This document shows, piece after piece, positions 1 through 9,694 of a DNA stretch of 64,000 nt (position 1 is the first letter of the stretch; every line of letters begins with the position of its first letter). Position numbers and translations under genes: made by a program. The stretch lies in assembly GCA_965262725.1 (NCBI GenBank), contig OZ253555.1:1696001-1760000 (forward strand), given 5' to 3'. The notes beneath the pieces are model-generated. The model searched no databases, was not told where the DNA came from, and saw only the letters and a list, made by a program, of their open reading frames with translations. The DNA comes from Dehalococcoidia bacterium. Lineage in GTDB: Bacteria; Chloroflexota; Dehalococcoidia; UBA2979.

Positions 1-322
1 GTCCGGCCACTCCGACCGCACACCCTCCAGTGCGCCGTAGCTTCCGGTCGGACACCGAGCCGGCAGCGAACGGGGTCCGGTCAAAGCCACCTTCCCGTGA
101 CCTCGCGGGCCATGGGAGAGCATCGAGGCCGCGAGCACGCGTCACCACTCACAGCGGAAGGCCCGCCGCGTTGCCCTGTGTTGCGATCGCAGCGGACGTG
201 GAGCCTGACGAGTCCCACGGCGGGGGTGATCCCTCGGCCCGCATCCCGTCCACGAGGTCAGGGTCGGGCTGACCCAGTAGCCGGTCGCAGCGCGTCCGCA
301 TGAGTGCCACTCGCGCCCGTGG

Positions 323-931
323 CTAGCGGATTCTTCGTCCCTGAGAGATGAGCGAGGCGACCTCGTGGCGCTCGTAGATCCGACCGTTCGTCACGTCTTC
401 GAAGAAGACCGGAATGCCGGTTTCGATGTCGAAGTGCATCTCCAAACGGATGTCATCACGTACCACGACCACCACAAGGTCACGCCCGACGGTCTCGGTC
501 AAGAGCATGCTGCCGGGAGAGGCGCTGGCGCGCCTGACGAACCCCTGCTCGTCGAGAAACCACGGTCCGGGAATGGGATACCCACGCCGGGACTCCGCGT
601 TCGGGTGACCGACGAGCCTGCCGTCCCGCACTTCTTGGCCGGTTCCGACAGGACTCGATTCCCTCGTGCTGCTGACGAGGGTCGCCTTCCAGTTTCGGTA
701 GTCCGAATAGACGAGATGGAGAACGTTGGTTTCGAAGTCTCCTCTCGTCACCGTACGCGTCATCTCGAATGGGGGGAACCGCTCGGCAAGCCGAGACTCC
801 CCAGTGGTCTGCTTCTCACCCGCACCGGTTCGCCAGGAGAGAGGCGAACGGAGATCCCCGAGGAGCGCGATGCCGACCACGACTGCCAGCGCAACCACGC
901 TGACGCTCGCGATGGCCGCTCTCGTGCTCAC
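323..931 (-). CDS. Hypothetical membrane-anchored or exported protein
   Basis: 202 aa ORF with N-terminal hydrophobic helix (AAIASVSVVALAVVVGIALL) and a GAGG upstream; no family recognised. Confidence 0.6.
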   Translation of the reverse strand: MSTRAAIASVSVVALAVVVGIALLGDLRSPLSWRTGAGEKQTTGESRLAERFPPFEMTRTVTRGDFETNVLHLVYSDYRNWKATLVSSTRESSPVGTGQEVRDGRLVGHPNAESRRGYPIPGPWFLDEQGFVRRASASPGSMLLTETVGRDLVVVVVRDDIRLEMHFDIETGIPVFFEDVTNGRIYERHEVASLISQGRRIR

Positions 932-1208
932 GTCGTCCTCGCTGGCGACCGCAGCGTCCTGCGTGCGTGCGCCGCTGCGGTCCCCGCTTCACCGACGATG
1001 TCGCCGCCGCCATCGAGGCGACCGGCCCCTACCGCTGCCGTACCCAGATCCGGGGGCTCCACAACTACGGCGTCGAAATCATCGAGGAGGAGGTCGCCCC
1101 GGAGCAGCGAGCGAAGGAGGGCGTGTGAATCGGGCAGTCATTTCCTTGATCGCGCGACCGTCGTGGCTGGCGTCACGGGCGCCCGCACGGAAGGGGCAGG
1201 GTTCTTCG

Positions 1209-1310
1209 GGGTCACGTCCCACAAGGTGGTGTCGCAGTTCACCATCCTTATTAACTGTCAGCCGGTGGTCCGCAGCAGCACGTCCCTACCTGACGTGACC
1301 TCTTCTCGGT
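1209..1310 (-). mobile_element. Relic right end of an IS256-family element
   Basis: gggtcacgtcccacaaggtggtgtc...accatccttat resembles the reverse complement of the IS256 right end near 20880-20974; encodes EEVTSGRDVLLRTTG* versus SELTPGKEVLLQAAG*. Confidence 0.75.
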
Positions 1311-1538
1311 GAGGCCGGCGCGGACGCGGGCCTCGCGGATGCGCGCTCCGAGCGCCTTCCAGCGATAGCCGTCGTCGCTCACAGCGGTGCTCCTCGACGT
1401 TCCAGGCTGCTACCAGCATAGAACTCCCGTTTTGCGGCATGCATCGAGTCGGTGGCGGCGGGAACTTCCGCTGCGGTCGCACGTCGCGTGCACGGGAACC
1501 CCGCCGGCGATGCGGCGCAGCGCCGGGCGCTCGTGCTC

Positions 1539-2177
1539 TCAGCGCTCGGGCCACTGGCGCTTCAATGCCTCGTGTGCGCGGTCACACGGCCATGTGCAGC
1601 TCCGGGCCTGGATCGCGTAGCCATGCAACGGGGGCAGGTCGCCGGGGCCGGGGGCCGAGCCGACGTACCGTCCAGACGCGAGGCGGCCGTCGTCGTCCTC
1701 GACGGTGGAATACGCGAGCTGGCGGTTGAAGTCGCTTCCCGCTGAACGGTAGAACGCGTCCACTGCCTCGCGCAGGGCGTGATCCTCAGCTGTGTGAGCC
1801 CCGGGTTCGGGCGGGGCGAAGCCGGGCTCGATGACCCAATCCGCCGGCGCGGGCACGACGAAGAGCGGGATGTCACGCTCGCGGGCGGCAATGAGCGAGC
1901 GCTCCGGCGGATGCGTGTGCTCGACCTCGAGCAGCGCCGTTAGCTCGCCGCGCGCGTCGAGCATGGTGATGTCGGGTATGCAGTAGCTCCCGTCCGCCAG
2001 CGGCAGGCGCCGCTCGGCAACGGCGCGGACGGCTCCCTCAAGTAGATCGAGGAGGTGGTCGTGTCCGTGTGGATCACACGTCCACACGATGAACTGGGCG
2101 GTGCGCGGAGGCGTCAGTCCCCGCAGGAGCAGGTCCAGGAGGGCGTCTTTCCACTGCTCATGCTGCCTGGATTCCAT
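1539..2177 (-). CDS. Hypothetical protein with a PD-(D/E)xK-like motif
   Basis: IPDITMLD...LLEVEHTH resembles a restriction-fold catalytic core. Confidence 0.5.
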   Translation of the reverse strand: MESRQHEQWKDALLDLLLRGLTPPRTAQFIVWTCDPHGHDHLLDLLEGAVRAVAERRLPLADGSYCIPDITMLDARGELTALLEVEHTHPPERSLIAARERDIPLFVVPAPADWVIEPGFAPPEPGAHTAEDHALREAVDAFYRSAGSDFNRQLAYSTVEDDDGRLASGRYVGSAPGPGDLPPLHGYAIQARSCTWPCDRAHEALKRQWPER

Positions 2178-2288
2178 GTGAGCGAGTCTACGTGATCGGG
2201 TTGCGAAGGCAGTGTTGGCGAATTGCCGGGTGCAGGCTACACGGAATCATCTCAGTCCTGAGCAAGTCCCGCCCACGAGGAGGAGACC

Positions 2289-2435
2289 ATGCCTGACTCC
2301 AACGAGATCCACCACCGGTGGGAGAGTGAGGGCGAGCTGTTGAACGCGCTGTCGACGAACTCTCGCGACGTTGTCCAGCGCGCTGGCATCCAGTCAATGA
2401 TCAACCGCTTCGACGGCGCGGACACCGTCGCATAA
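2289..2435 (+). CDS. Small hypothetical protein, 48 aa (not in the ORF track)
   Basis: AGGAGGAG Shine-Dalgarno before ATG 2289; MPDSNEIHHRWESEGELLNALSTNSRDVVQRAGIQSMINRFDGADTVA*. Confidence 0.4.
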   Translation: MPDSNEIHHRWESEGELLNALSTNSRDVVQRAGIQSMINRFDGADTVA

Positions 2436-2607
2436 GAGTGGTCGCTCTGCGACGGAGGCTCCGCTCCGCTACCCGCTCCGGTCGCGCGCATACGACCGCT
2501 CCCGAGGAGATCGCGGACGGCGCGCCCCGAGCGCCTCGGACGAGGGGCACTCCGCGCGCACATGGTCCATCAGCATGCATCTGGTTCAGCGATGCCGACG
2601 CGAACCG

Positions 2608-2970
2608 CTATCCGTCCTTCGCGTAGGTGAAGGGGTTGTCGACACTTCCCCAGCCGAACACGTAGACCTCTCCCTCACGCCTGCGGTCCCACTTTCTGTA
2701 GCCCTCACTAGGACGGCCGGTGGTCGCGCTGACGACCAGCCGCGTGAGCGGAGGGAGTCCGTTTCGATGGCAGTAGCCTCCGATCAGGTCGAGCATGCAA
2801 CCCAAGTTCCGTCGGGTGGCGCCGTAGCCAAGCTCGTCGGCGAGGTCGGTGTACGTGATGGTGCCCCCATCGCCGCGCGCGGCTAACTCCGTCAAAATCG
2901 GCCACGCCTGGAACGCGCGCCACTCCTCACTCACGATCACAAGGACTTCCCCTCCGGCATCGAATCGCAC
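2608..2970 (-). CDS. Hypothetical winged-helix-like protein (true start may be slightly downstream)
   Basis: TITYTDLADELG...LPPLTRLVV...TGRPSEG pattern, seen as an N-terminal module of some HNH nucleases. Confidence 0.55.
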   Translation of the reverse strand: MRFDAGGEVLVIVSEEWRAFQAWPILTELAARGDGGTITYTDLADELGYGATRRNLGCMLDLIGGYCHRNGLPPLTRLVVSATTGRPSEGYRKWDRRREGEVYVFGWGSVDNPFTYAKDG

Positions 2971-3044
2971 ACCAAGTTAGCACTGCGGGGCGGAGTAGGC
3001 TCCGCGAGTCGCGCCGTCGCGGGACGCAGCGAGAACGATGAGGA

Positions 3045-3758
3045 TCAACGAGCGTCGATCCTCATCGTTCCTCCGAGGAGCCCTTCTCCCTTTACCGCAC
3101 TGGCCTCGATCGGAAAGGCGATATCGCTAATGTCGCCGATGTCAAGCGTGAGTGGGTCCTCCCCTGATGTGTGGGTGTCTATCGCGATTCTGAACTCACG
3201 CTGGAAACTGAACTCCGTCTGCTTCCAGAACACCGCTTCGAGGCCCTCGAAGTTGCCGTGGAATGTGTCGGGATCGTAGTAGTTCACGAGTCTGCTCGCC
3301 GCCCGGTAGCCGTTATCTGTACAGGCGCCTTTGAGTCGATCCATGAAGGCAGCCACATCACAGATCACCACTGCATATGGTCCCAGGGAAAGGCAGGCAT
3401 CATCTACGCGGAGGGCTTCTCGCAGCACTTCGATGTTGTCGTGTGAGATTGTCTCCAAGTCGACGTCCCCGCTATGGACGGCATGTATGCAGAACAGGTG
3501 GAATTCGGAAAGAAAGTCCAACTGGATTTGGAGCGTTATGAGCCCTTCGCTGAGGTCCATACCATTGAGGACCAAGGTCAGGTTCGCCCCTTGTAGCCAG
3601 CTCGTAGTTCCTTCGTCACGGTCGATCCGGGCAGTCGTGTCCTCCCCTTCAGCCCTTCTGAATGCGGAGAGCCTGTTGGCAAACACCTTCCCCTGGAGGA
3701 AAGCTTCAGCGTATTCCTGCTTGTCAAAGAACTTGATGAAGAGAAAGATCCTCCTCAT
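3045..3758 (-). CDS. Hypothetical protein, DUF2971-like
   Basis: Lower-GC 237 aa ORF; VNYYD...FWKQTEFSFQREFRIAI resembles the K-x3-F/W-x2-E/Q-x-E-x-R signature. Confidence 0.55.
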   Translation of the reverse strand: MRRIFLFIKFFDKQEYAEAFLQGKVFANRLSAFRRAEGEDTTARIDRDEGTTSWLQGANLTLVLNGMDLSEGLITLQIQLDFLSEFHLFCIHAVHSGDVDLETISHDNIEVLREALRVDDACLSLGPYAVVICDVAAFMDRLKGACTDNGYRAASRLVNYYDPDTFHGNFEGLEAVFWKQTEFSFQREFRIAIDTHTSGEDPLTLDIGDISDIAFPIEASAVKGEGLLGGTMRIDAR

Positions 3759-3872
3759 GGCCCTGCCTTACTAACGCTTTGCCGTCACCTTACACGGACG
3801 ACCAGTGGTGCGTGTGGTTCGAGGGCAAGCCGGAGTCCACCACTTCAAGGGCCGCCGAGCGATGACCGGCAT

Positions 3873-4640
3873 TCACCACCTGCGTGTCTGGATTGCGGTC
3901 GGGGCGCGAGACACGCTCCGAGAGGCCCACCCCAACCGAAACAGACAAGCCGGTGGGCCGCCTGCTGGGGCGCGCCAGATCGAGCCGAACGGCCTACTCG
4001 CCACGGTGAGCGCGCGGTACGAGACCCGCAGCGGCAGGTCGACGCGGGCGCGCTTCATCTCCGCGCCCGCCACTCGCAGGAAGTGGTCCGCCCCGACGTG
4101 GTCGTCGGTGGGCCGCTGCGAGGCATAGTAGCGCAGGTAGGGGGCGAGACGGGCGGCCATCGTCGAGCGCCTGACGGCGCGGCGCTCCCACTCGAGGAAG
4201 AACGCCCACGGCGGCCCCTCGCGGCGCAGGAGGCCGAAGGCGTCGGGGTGGACGGAGTGGAGGCGGTCGTGGTGGCGGAAGTACCTGGACGCGCGGTGCG
4301 GTGGGTCGAGCAGCTCGACCTCCCACCTCTCGTCGCGCGCCTGCCGGGCCAGCGCCCCCGCGAAGCCGTGCACGGCGGCGGTGTGGTCGATGGTGCGCAG
4401 GAGCTGGCGGCTGCGCCTGCCGGCGACGTTGCGCCACGCGAGCGGTGCGACCGGGTCCAGCGAGCGGGCGCTCCATCGCCTGCGGGCGAGGTTGGCGGCG
4501 GCGCGGTCGCGGCGCGCGAGCAGCGCCAGCGCGCGGTCCGAGAGCACGAGCCGGCCCCCGACGCGCGTGACAAGCGACGCCTCCCGGAGCGGCTGCAGGA
4601 GCTGTGAGACGCGCCGGGCGGAGACTCCCAGCAGCGCCGG
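3873..4640 (-). pseudogene. Replication-relaxation (Replic_Relax) family fragment
   Basis: HTAAVHGF, HPDAFG and FFLEWER motifs; N-terminus missing and apparent internal deletion. Confidence 0.65.
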
Positions 4641-4713
4641 GCAGGGCGCCTGAGTGCACGACTCGCGCCGGTGCTATCTTCTACGGGTGACCCACCACCG
4701 GGAGGAGGCCAGC

Positions 4714-4983
4714 ATGGCTACTCGCCGACCCACCGAGGAAATCGCTCGCCTCGGCCACGAGATCTACGAGCGCGACATACGGCGGGAAGTCGAAACCGAC
4801 CACCGTGGCGAGGTCGTCGCCATCGACATCGACAGCCATTGCTGGGCAATCGGCGACACGGTGAACGCCGCGCGGGACCGCCTGCGAGTGGAGCGCCCGG
4901 ATGCGATCAACGTGCTGTTCGAGCGTGTGGGATACCGCGCGATCGACCGCTTCGGGGCGGGCTTCCTACGGAGGGCCGGTTGA
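4714..4983 (+). CDS. Small DUF5678-like protein
   Basis: GGAGGAGG SD; GHEIYERDIR...HRGEVVAIDIDS...RVG pattern; stop overlaps the next start. Confidence 0.7.
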   Translation: MATRRPTEEIARLGHEIYERDIRREVETDHRGEVVAIDIDSHCWAIGDTVNAARDRLRVERPDAINVLFERVGYRAIDRFGAGFLRRAG

Positions 4984-5348
4984 TCCAGGGGGCGGTCAAT
5001 GCAGCCCTCGAGGCCGTCCTGCCCCTGACGGTGCAGGGTACCGCCGGGCACGCGCAAGAGCTCGAGGCCGTCATCGACACCGGCTTCAGCGGGTTCCTGA
5101 CGCTCCCGTCGGCGCTGGTGGCAGGGTTGGGACTCGCGTTCAGCGGCGTCGGCTGGGCTGTTCTCGCCGACGGGACCGAGGCGAGATTCGATGTGTACGA
5201 CGCCACGCTGCTCTGGGATGGCCGGCAAAGGCGCGTCTACGTCTACGCGGCTGAGACGGCACCGCTCGCAGGCATGCGCCTGCTCGAAGGCCACGACTTG
5301 CATGTCGAGGTCGAGAGTGGCGGGCGCGTCGTCATCGAGGCCCGCTGA
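4980..5348 (+). CDS. Clan AA (retropepsin-like) aspartic protease
   Basis: AVIDTGFSG catalytic motif, LADG flap and PLAGMRLL C-terminal motif; TTG start overlaps upstream TGA. Confidence 0.85.
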   Translation: MIQGAVNAALEAVLPLTVQGTAGHAQELEAVIDTGFSGFLTLPSALVAGLGLAFSGVGWAVLADGTEARFDVYDATLLWDGRQRRVYVYAAETAPLAGMRLLEGHDLHVEVESGGRVVIEAR

Positions 5349-5374
5349 GCAGACGAACCCGATCCCGTGGCTCC

Positions 5375-5953
5375 CGATGATCGTCTGGGCTGAGACGGAT
5401 TACAGCGTCTACACGATGCGGCAGGCGTCACGGCGCTCCTGGCGCAATCGGCCAGACCCGGTCCGTCCAGGTCGTCTTCATAGCCTACCGGAACACCCTG
5501 CAGGCGGACGCCCTCCAGCTCGTGGCGCAGAAGCTCCATTCGTCGCTGGCGGTGGAGGGCGAGTTGCCCGAGGACGGCCTCGCCGCCTACGGGGACGACG
5601 GCGACGACCTCATGCTCGCCCTGGCGAGGAAGATCATCGCGGGCGAGGAGGGCGACGGCTCGGTCGAGTCGGTCTTCGAGCAGGCCCGGCAGGTCGCGGC
5701 CGGGGCCGAGGCGCTGCTGGTCGACGAGGACTGGCACGCGCCCGAGCCCGTGGTTGTCGGGGCCGGGGTGGCAGCCGATCCGCCCGTGGACGACGACGCT
5801 CCCGAGCCGCAGCGGACGCTGTTCTCGTGGGCGGAGTTCATGGCCGGGGAGCCGGAGGAGCCGCCGCGCAAACGCCGGGACGAGGCTCCGACGCTCTCGC
5901 TCTTCGAGTGGGCGCTGGAGCAGGAAAGGGTACTGGCCGAAGCCGCCGGGTAG
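5375..5953 (+). pseudogene. C-terminal remnant of a large SF2/SNF2-type helicase from a conjugative element
   Basis: YSVYTMRQASRRSWR then a +1 frameshift near 5446 to IGQTRSVQVVFIAY (motif VI); no N-terminus. Confidence 0.7.
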
Positions 5954-5961
5954 GACTGCAC

Positions 5962-6000
5962 GCAGGGAGGACGCCGCCGATGTGGCGGTGTCCTCCCTGC
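5962..6000 (+). terminator. Strong hairpin after the helicase remnant
   Basis: gcagggaggacgccgcc-gatgt-ggcggtgtcctccctgc, 17-bp stem with one G-U; no U tract. Confidence 0.5.
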
Positions 6001-6050
6001 CCACCCGTGTATACAGTGCCTTCTTGGTGTAGCCGCGCCGCGCCTCCGCG

Positions 6051-6875
6051 ATGATAGCGAGTCAACGTGCACGCCCGGAGGTGATAGGAGTGTGGAAAAG
6101 CCTTGCCGAGAAGGGTCGGGTCAACGCAGAGTTCGTGTTGGCGGCGATCCTTGGGCTGGATGTAGAGAAGCCAGCAATCATCCTGCTACAACCGGCCTAC
6201 CAGCTCGCCGTCGAGGGCCTAGAACTGGTCCTGAAGGCCATGATGCTGAAGCAGGGGGCAGACCCTCATCCGACGCACCAGCTGGAGACTCTCTACGAGC
6301 AGCTGACGCAAGCCGACAAGTCGGTGGTTGACGATGCCGTCCGCTCCGCCATTGATGAATCGGCGACGGGGCCGGTCCCTTTCAACCTGCAGAACGTGGC
6401 TGGGGTTCAACTCCTGAAGGACTTCACGCTTGGGGTCGATACAGCTGAAGAGGATCACACGTCTGGCTATGCACACATGGAACCCGTCGAGTTCCTCCGG
6501 ATGCTCGACACAGAGTGGGGGACCGACATCAGCCAGTACGTGGGGGTCACCCGATCGTTCAGTATCGAGAAACAGACAATAAGGGTGGACACGCGAATAC
6601 TGGCTGGATCCATCCGGGTACTCCTCACGCTGGCAGAACACCTCCTTGGTCCGGTTGTCCCGGCCCCTGAACGAAGGTCGGCGAGTCGGTTGGCCGGTTG
6701 GATCAACTCAGACGGAACATGGACCGGTGTCCCCGCAGACCACGCCGTAGAGAAAGACGGGGTTCTGGAGATCTACCTAGAGGGGGAATTGGTGATCGCC
6801 GTTCCCTTGGGTGAAAAACTCGGTTGGCAATGGAGGGATGCAACGGGGCGTGCTGTCGCGGGCGAGGAGGCGTAG
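6051..6875 (+). CDS. HEPN-domain-like protein
   Basis: QLAVEGLELVLKA...HPTHQLETLY matches the HEPN E-x2-LK...H-x-L pattern; lower GC. Confidence 0.6.
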   Translation: MIASQRARPEVIGVWKSLAEKGRVNAEFVLAAILGLDVEKPAIILLQPAYQLAVEGLELVLKAMMLKQGADPHPTHQLETLYEQLTQADKSVVDDAVRSAIDESATGPVPFNLQNVAGVQLLKDFTLGVDTAEEDHTSGYAHMEPVEFLRMLDTEWGTDISQYVGVTRSFSIEKQTIRVDTRILAGSIRVLLTLAEHLLGPVVPAPERRSASRLAGWINSDGTWTGVPADHAVEKDGVLEIYLEGELVIAVPLGEKLGWQWRDATGRAVAGEEA

Positions 6876-6968
6876 TCGTCATCAATGTAAGCAACACCTA
6901 CAGGTTTGTTTGCCTATGGGACGCGAGGCGGAAGACGGGACCGGCGGCCGGGACCGCCTCCAGGGCGT

Positions 6969-7075
6969 CTGTCGCTCTTCGAGTGGGCGGTGGAAAGGGA
7001 GCGTGAAAGAGTGCTGGCCGCTGGCTGACGGGCCACGGAGTCGCGCAAGGGGCGTCGCCACGTGGGCGGCGCCCC
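6969..7075 (+). repeat. Diverged second copy of the helicase 3' end plus hairpin
   Basis: tcgctcttcgagtgggcg is identical at 5897-5914 and 6972-6989; SLFEWAVERERERVLAAG* is followed by a hairpin at 7049-7075. Confidence 0.75.
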
Positions 7076-7729
7076 ATCGCCCCCTGTGCGGCCTTCCGTA
7101 CGTTACGGCCCGCCCGTCGCTGCAGGGCTGCCGCCTACTGAGGAGCGCGTGCTGCTCTCCTCTAGATGGACACGGAGGCCGACGCCGGGGGCTCTCGCAG
7201 CGCAGCGACTATGACGAGCTGCTCGGGACGCTGCGGGCGGCGCTCGCCGATGCGCTCTCGAAGGGATCGAGGCGGCTGACCTACTCACCGCGGCAGGAGA
7301 GCGCCGGTTCGCCTCCGCCGATCCGGGCCGCGCGCCTGCCCCGCGCCCATTCCGGCGGGCGCAGGGTCTCGGCGATTGGCGGATGGGTTGAGCGTCGGAC
7401 GGCGCTGACGACCAGCCGAGAGGCCGCGCGATGTCGTGTGGCCGCCTCGGTGAGGGGCCTTGCTCAGGGGATGCTATGCCAAGCCCGCTCTCGACGACCC
7501 CGCCTTTCGAGGCTAGCCTCGCACTTGCAACACCAGACTGCCTCCCTGGCGGGCTCGACCCTGTGGAGCGCCCCAACGAAGGATAGTGTCGCGTGCCAGA
7601 CTCTTCGGAAGCGTGCCACCGACAAGCGTATACGCCGCACCACACGTGCAGCGGTCGTCACATCAAGGCGATCGAGGTGCCCCGATATGCTACCCGTGAC
7701 GACTTGCGCTCGTGCTGGACTCGGTCGTC

Positions 7730-9694
7730 ATGACAACTAGGAACCGCCGCCGCGGACGAGCAGGCGGTTCGGCTTCGACTACCGCCCGCAGACTCCAAAT
7801 GCAGTATGCCGGGGGGATGATCCGTCACCTAGGCTTGCAGATGTACGGCGGCGCCGTGCCCGCGATAGCTGAACTGATAGCGAACTCTTGGGATGCCGAC
7901 GCGACGCGTGTCGACATCACCATCCCGTTCGGCGAGCCCATCGCTAACAGGATGCAGATCGAGGTCTTAGACGACGGAGTCGGGATGTCGTTCGAGGATG
8001 TCAACAACGCCTATCTGGTTCTGGGTCTCGATCGCCGCGAGAAGGGGCGCGGCAGATCGGCGAACCGCCGGCTCGTAATGGGACGGAAGGGCATAGGTAA
8101 ACTTGCCGGTTTCGGAATCGCCAAGATCGTCCGGGTCGAGACGAAGAAGGATGGGCACCTCACAATATTCGAGATGGACTTCGACCAGATGACCCGGACC
8201 GACGCCTTCTCCGAACAGTACGAACCGCAGCTCCTTCACGACGGTCCCGACGAGGACGATGTTATCCCGCATAACAACGGAACCCGCGTGACCCTCAAGG
8301 AACTCCAGATCCGAAATGCAATCAGCGAGGACCGTTTTCGACTCAGTATGTCGCGGCGGTTCTCCGCCTTGGGCGCACAATTCGCTGTGGCGATCAATGA
8401 CCGGGAGCTCGAACGCGAGGAGATGCCGCTGGAATTCCGTTTTCCGGAGTCGGGCCTGACGACCGAGCGCGTTCCTGGGTTCGGACGCGTTGAGTGGTGG
8501 ATGGGCTTTACTGAGAAGCCGATCTCGCAGGAAGAAGCCCGCGGTATCGTCGTGCTCGTACGCGGCAAGCTCGCCCAAGCCCCGTTCTTCTTCGACCAGA
8601 CCCGCGGAACCGTTGGCCAACTCGGGCTCCAATATATGACCGGAGAGGTCCACGCTGACGACATAGATGATGTAGAAGACTTGATCTCGACCGACCGCGC
8701 GTCGATCCGCTGGGAACATGAGCGATCTCAGGTGCTACTCGCGTGGGGACAGGCCAAAGTGCGCGAGTCGCTCCAGCGGTGGGCAACGTCGCGACGCGAA
8801 CGCAACAAGGGGCGCGCCGAGAAGCGCCTACAGGCGAGTATTCCGCATCTGGACCGGATACGACGATTCCCTGACGCGCAGCAACGCGAGCTACTTGCAG
8901 CGGTCGAGCAACTCGCGTCCGTCGAGACGATCGAGCGGGACCGGCTTGAGGCGCTCGTGGATTTCCTCCTGCGAGCATACGAAAATGACCACCTCCTAGA
9001 ATTGATCAGGCAAATCAGTGAGGCCAACGCGGAGTCGTTGACCAAGCTCGAAGAGGTTGTCGCCGAGTGGGACATTCTTGAGGCAGTTGCGGTGGCTCAG
9101 GTGGTTCGCGGACGCATCGCGATGATCGACAAGTTTCGGGAGCTGATCGATTTGGGCGCACGCGAAGTGCCGGAGATGCATGAATTCATCGAGAAACACC
9201 CGTGGGCGCTCCGTCCGGAATGGGCTCCTCTGGTGCGGGAGCGCTCGCTCGAGCGGGCGCTGCGAGACAATATCAATCCCTCGACGAAGCGACCGCGCCG
9301 ATCCGGGAAGCGCGGGCAGCGCCGGGTAGACATGCTCTGTCTCGGGAGCCCCGGGATGGTCATCGTCGTGGAGCTCAAGAGGCCGGGCAAATGGGTTGGA
9401 CGTGCCGAGCTGCGTCAACTGGAGGACTACGTAGATTTCCTTAGAGGCGAGCAGAGCGGAGTCACTACACCGGGGGAGCGGCGCCAGGTAGTCGGCTTCC
9501 TCGTGTACGGCCGGATGCGGCCAGGGAATGATGAACTCATCTCACGGATGACGAACGCGGGAATCTTCATCGAGCCGTGGGAGAAGCTTTGGGAGGATGC
9601 GGAGCGTCTCCACCGCGACTACTTCGACGTGATGCGCTCCCGGGCGGACACCGAGGACAGCCGGATGGCGCGTCTCGACCTCCTGGATGCGTGA
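7730..9694 (+). CDS. MORC/GHKL ATPase fused to a C-terminal PD-(D/E)xK endonuclease
   Basis: AIAELIANSWDADA, DDGVGM, GRKGIGKLA and GTRVTL GHKL motifs; RVDMLC...VVELKRP nuclease motif. Confidence 0.88.
   Translation: MTTRNRRRGRAGGSASTTARRLQMQYAGGMIRHLGLQMYGGAVPAIAELIANSWDADATRVDITIPFGEPIANRMQIEVLDDGVGMSFEDVNNAYLVLGLDRREKGRGRSANRRLVMGRKGIGKLAGFGIAKIVRVETKKDGHLTIFEMDFDQMTRTDAFSEQYEPQLLHDGPDEDDVIPHNNGTRVTLKELQIRNAISEDRFRLSMSRRFSALGAQFAVAINDRELEREEMPLEFRFPESGLTTERVPGFGRVEWWMGFTEKPISQEEARGIVVLVRGKLAQAPFFFDQTRGTVGQLGLQYMTGEVHADDIDDVEDLISTDRASIRWEHERSQVLLAWGQAKVRESLQRWATSRRERNKGRAEKRLQASIPHLDRIRRFPDAQQRELLAAVEQLASVETIERDRLEALVDFLLRAYENDHLLELIRQISEANAESLTKLEEVVAEWDILEAVAVAQVVRGRIAMIDKFRELIDLGAREVPEMHEFIEKHPWALRPEWAPLVRERSLERALRDNINPSTKRPRRSGKRGQRRVDMLCLGSPGMVIVVELKRPGKWVGRAELRQLEDYVDFLRGEQSGVTTPGERRQVVGFLVYGRMRPGNDELISRMTNAGIFIEPWEKLWEDAERLHRDYFDVMRSRADTEDSRMARLDLLDA

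Noticed and set aside
967-1128. Coding-like stretch PRFTDDVAAAIEATGPYRCRTQIRGLHNYGVEIIEEEVAPEQRAKEGV*
   Set aside because: No convincing start or family; probably a gene fragment, too weak to call.
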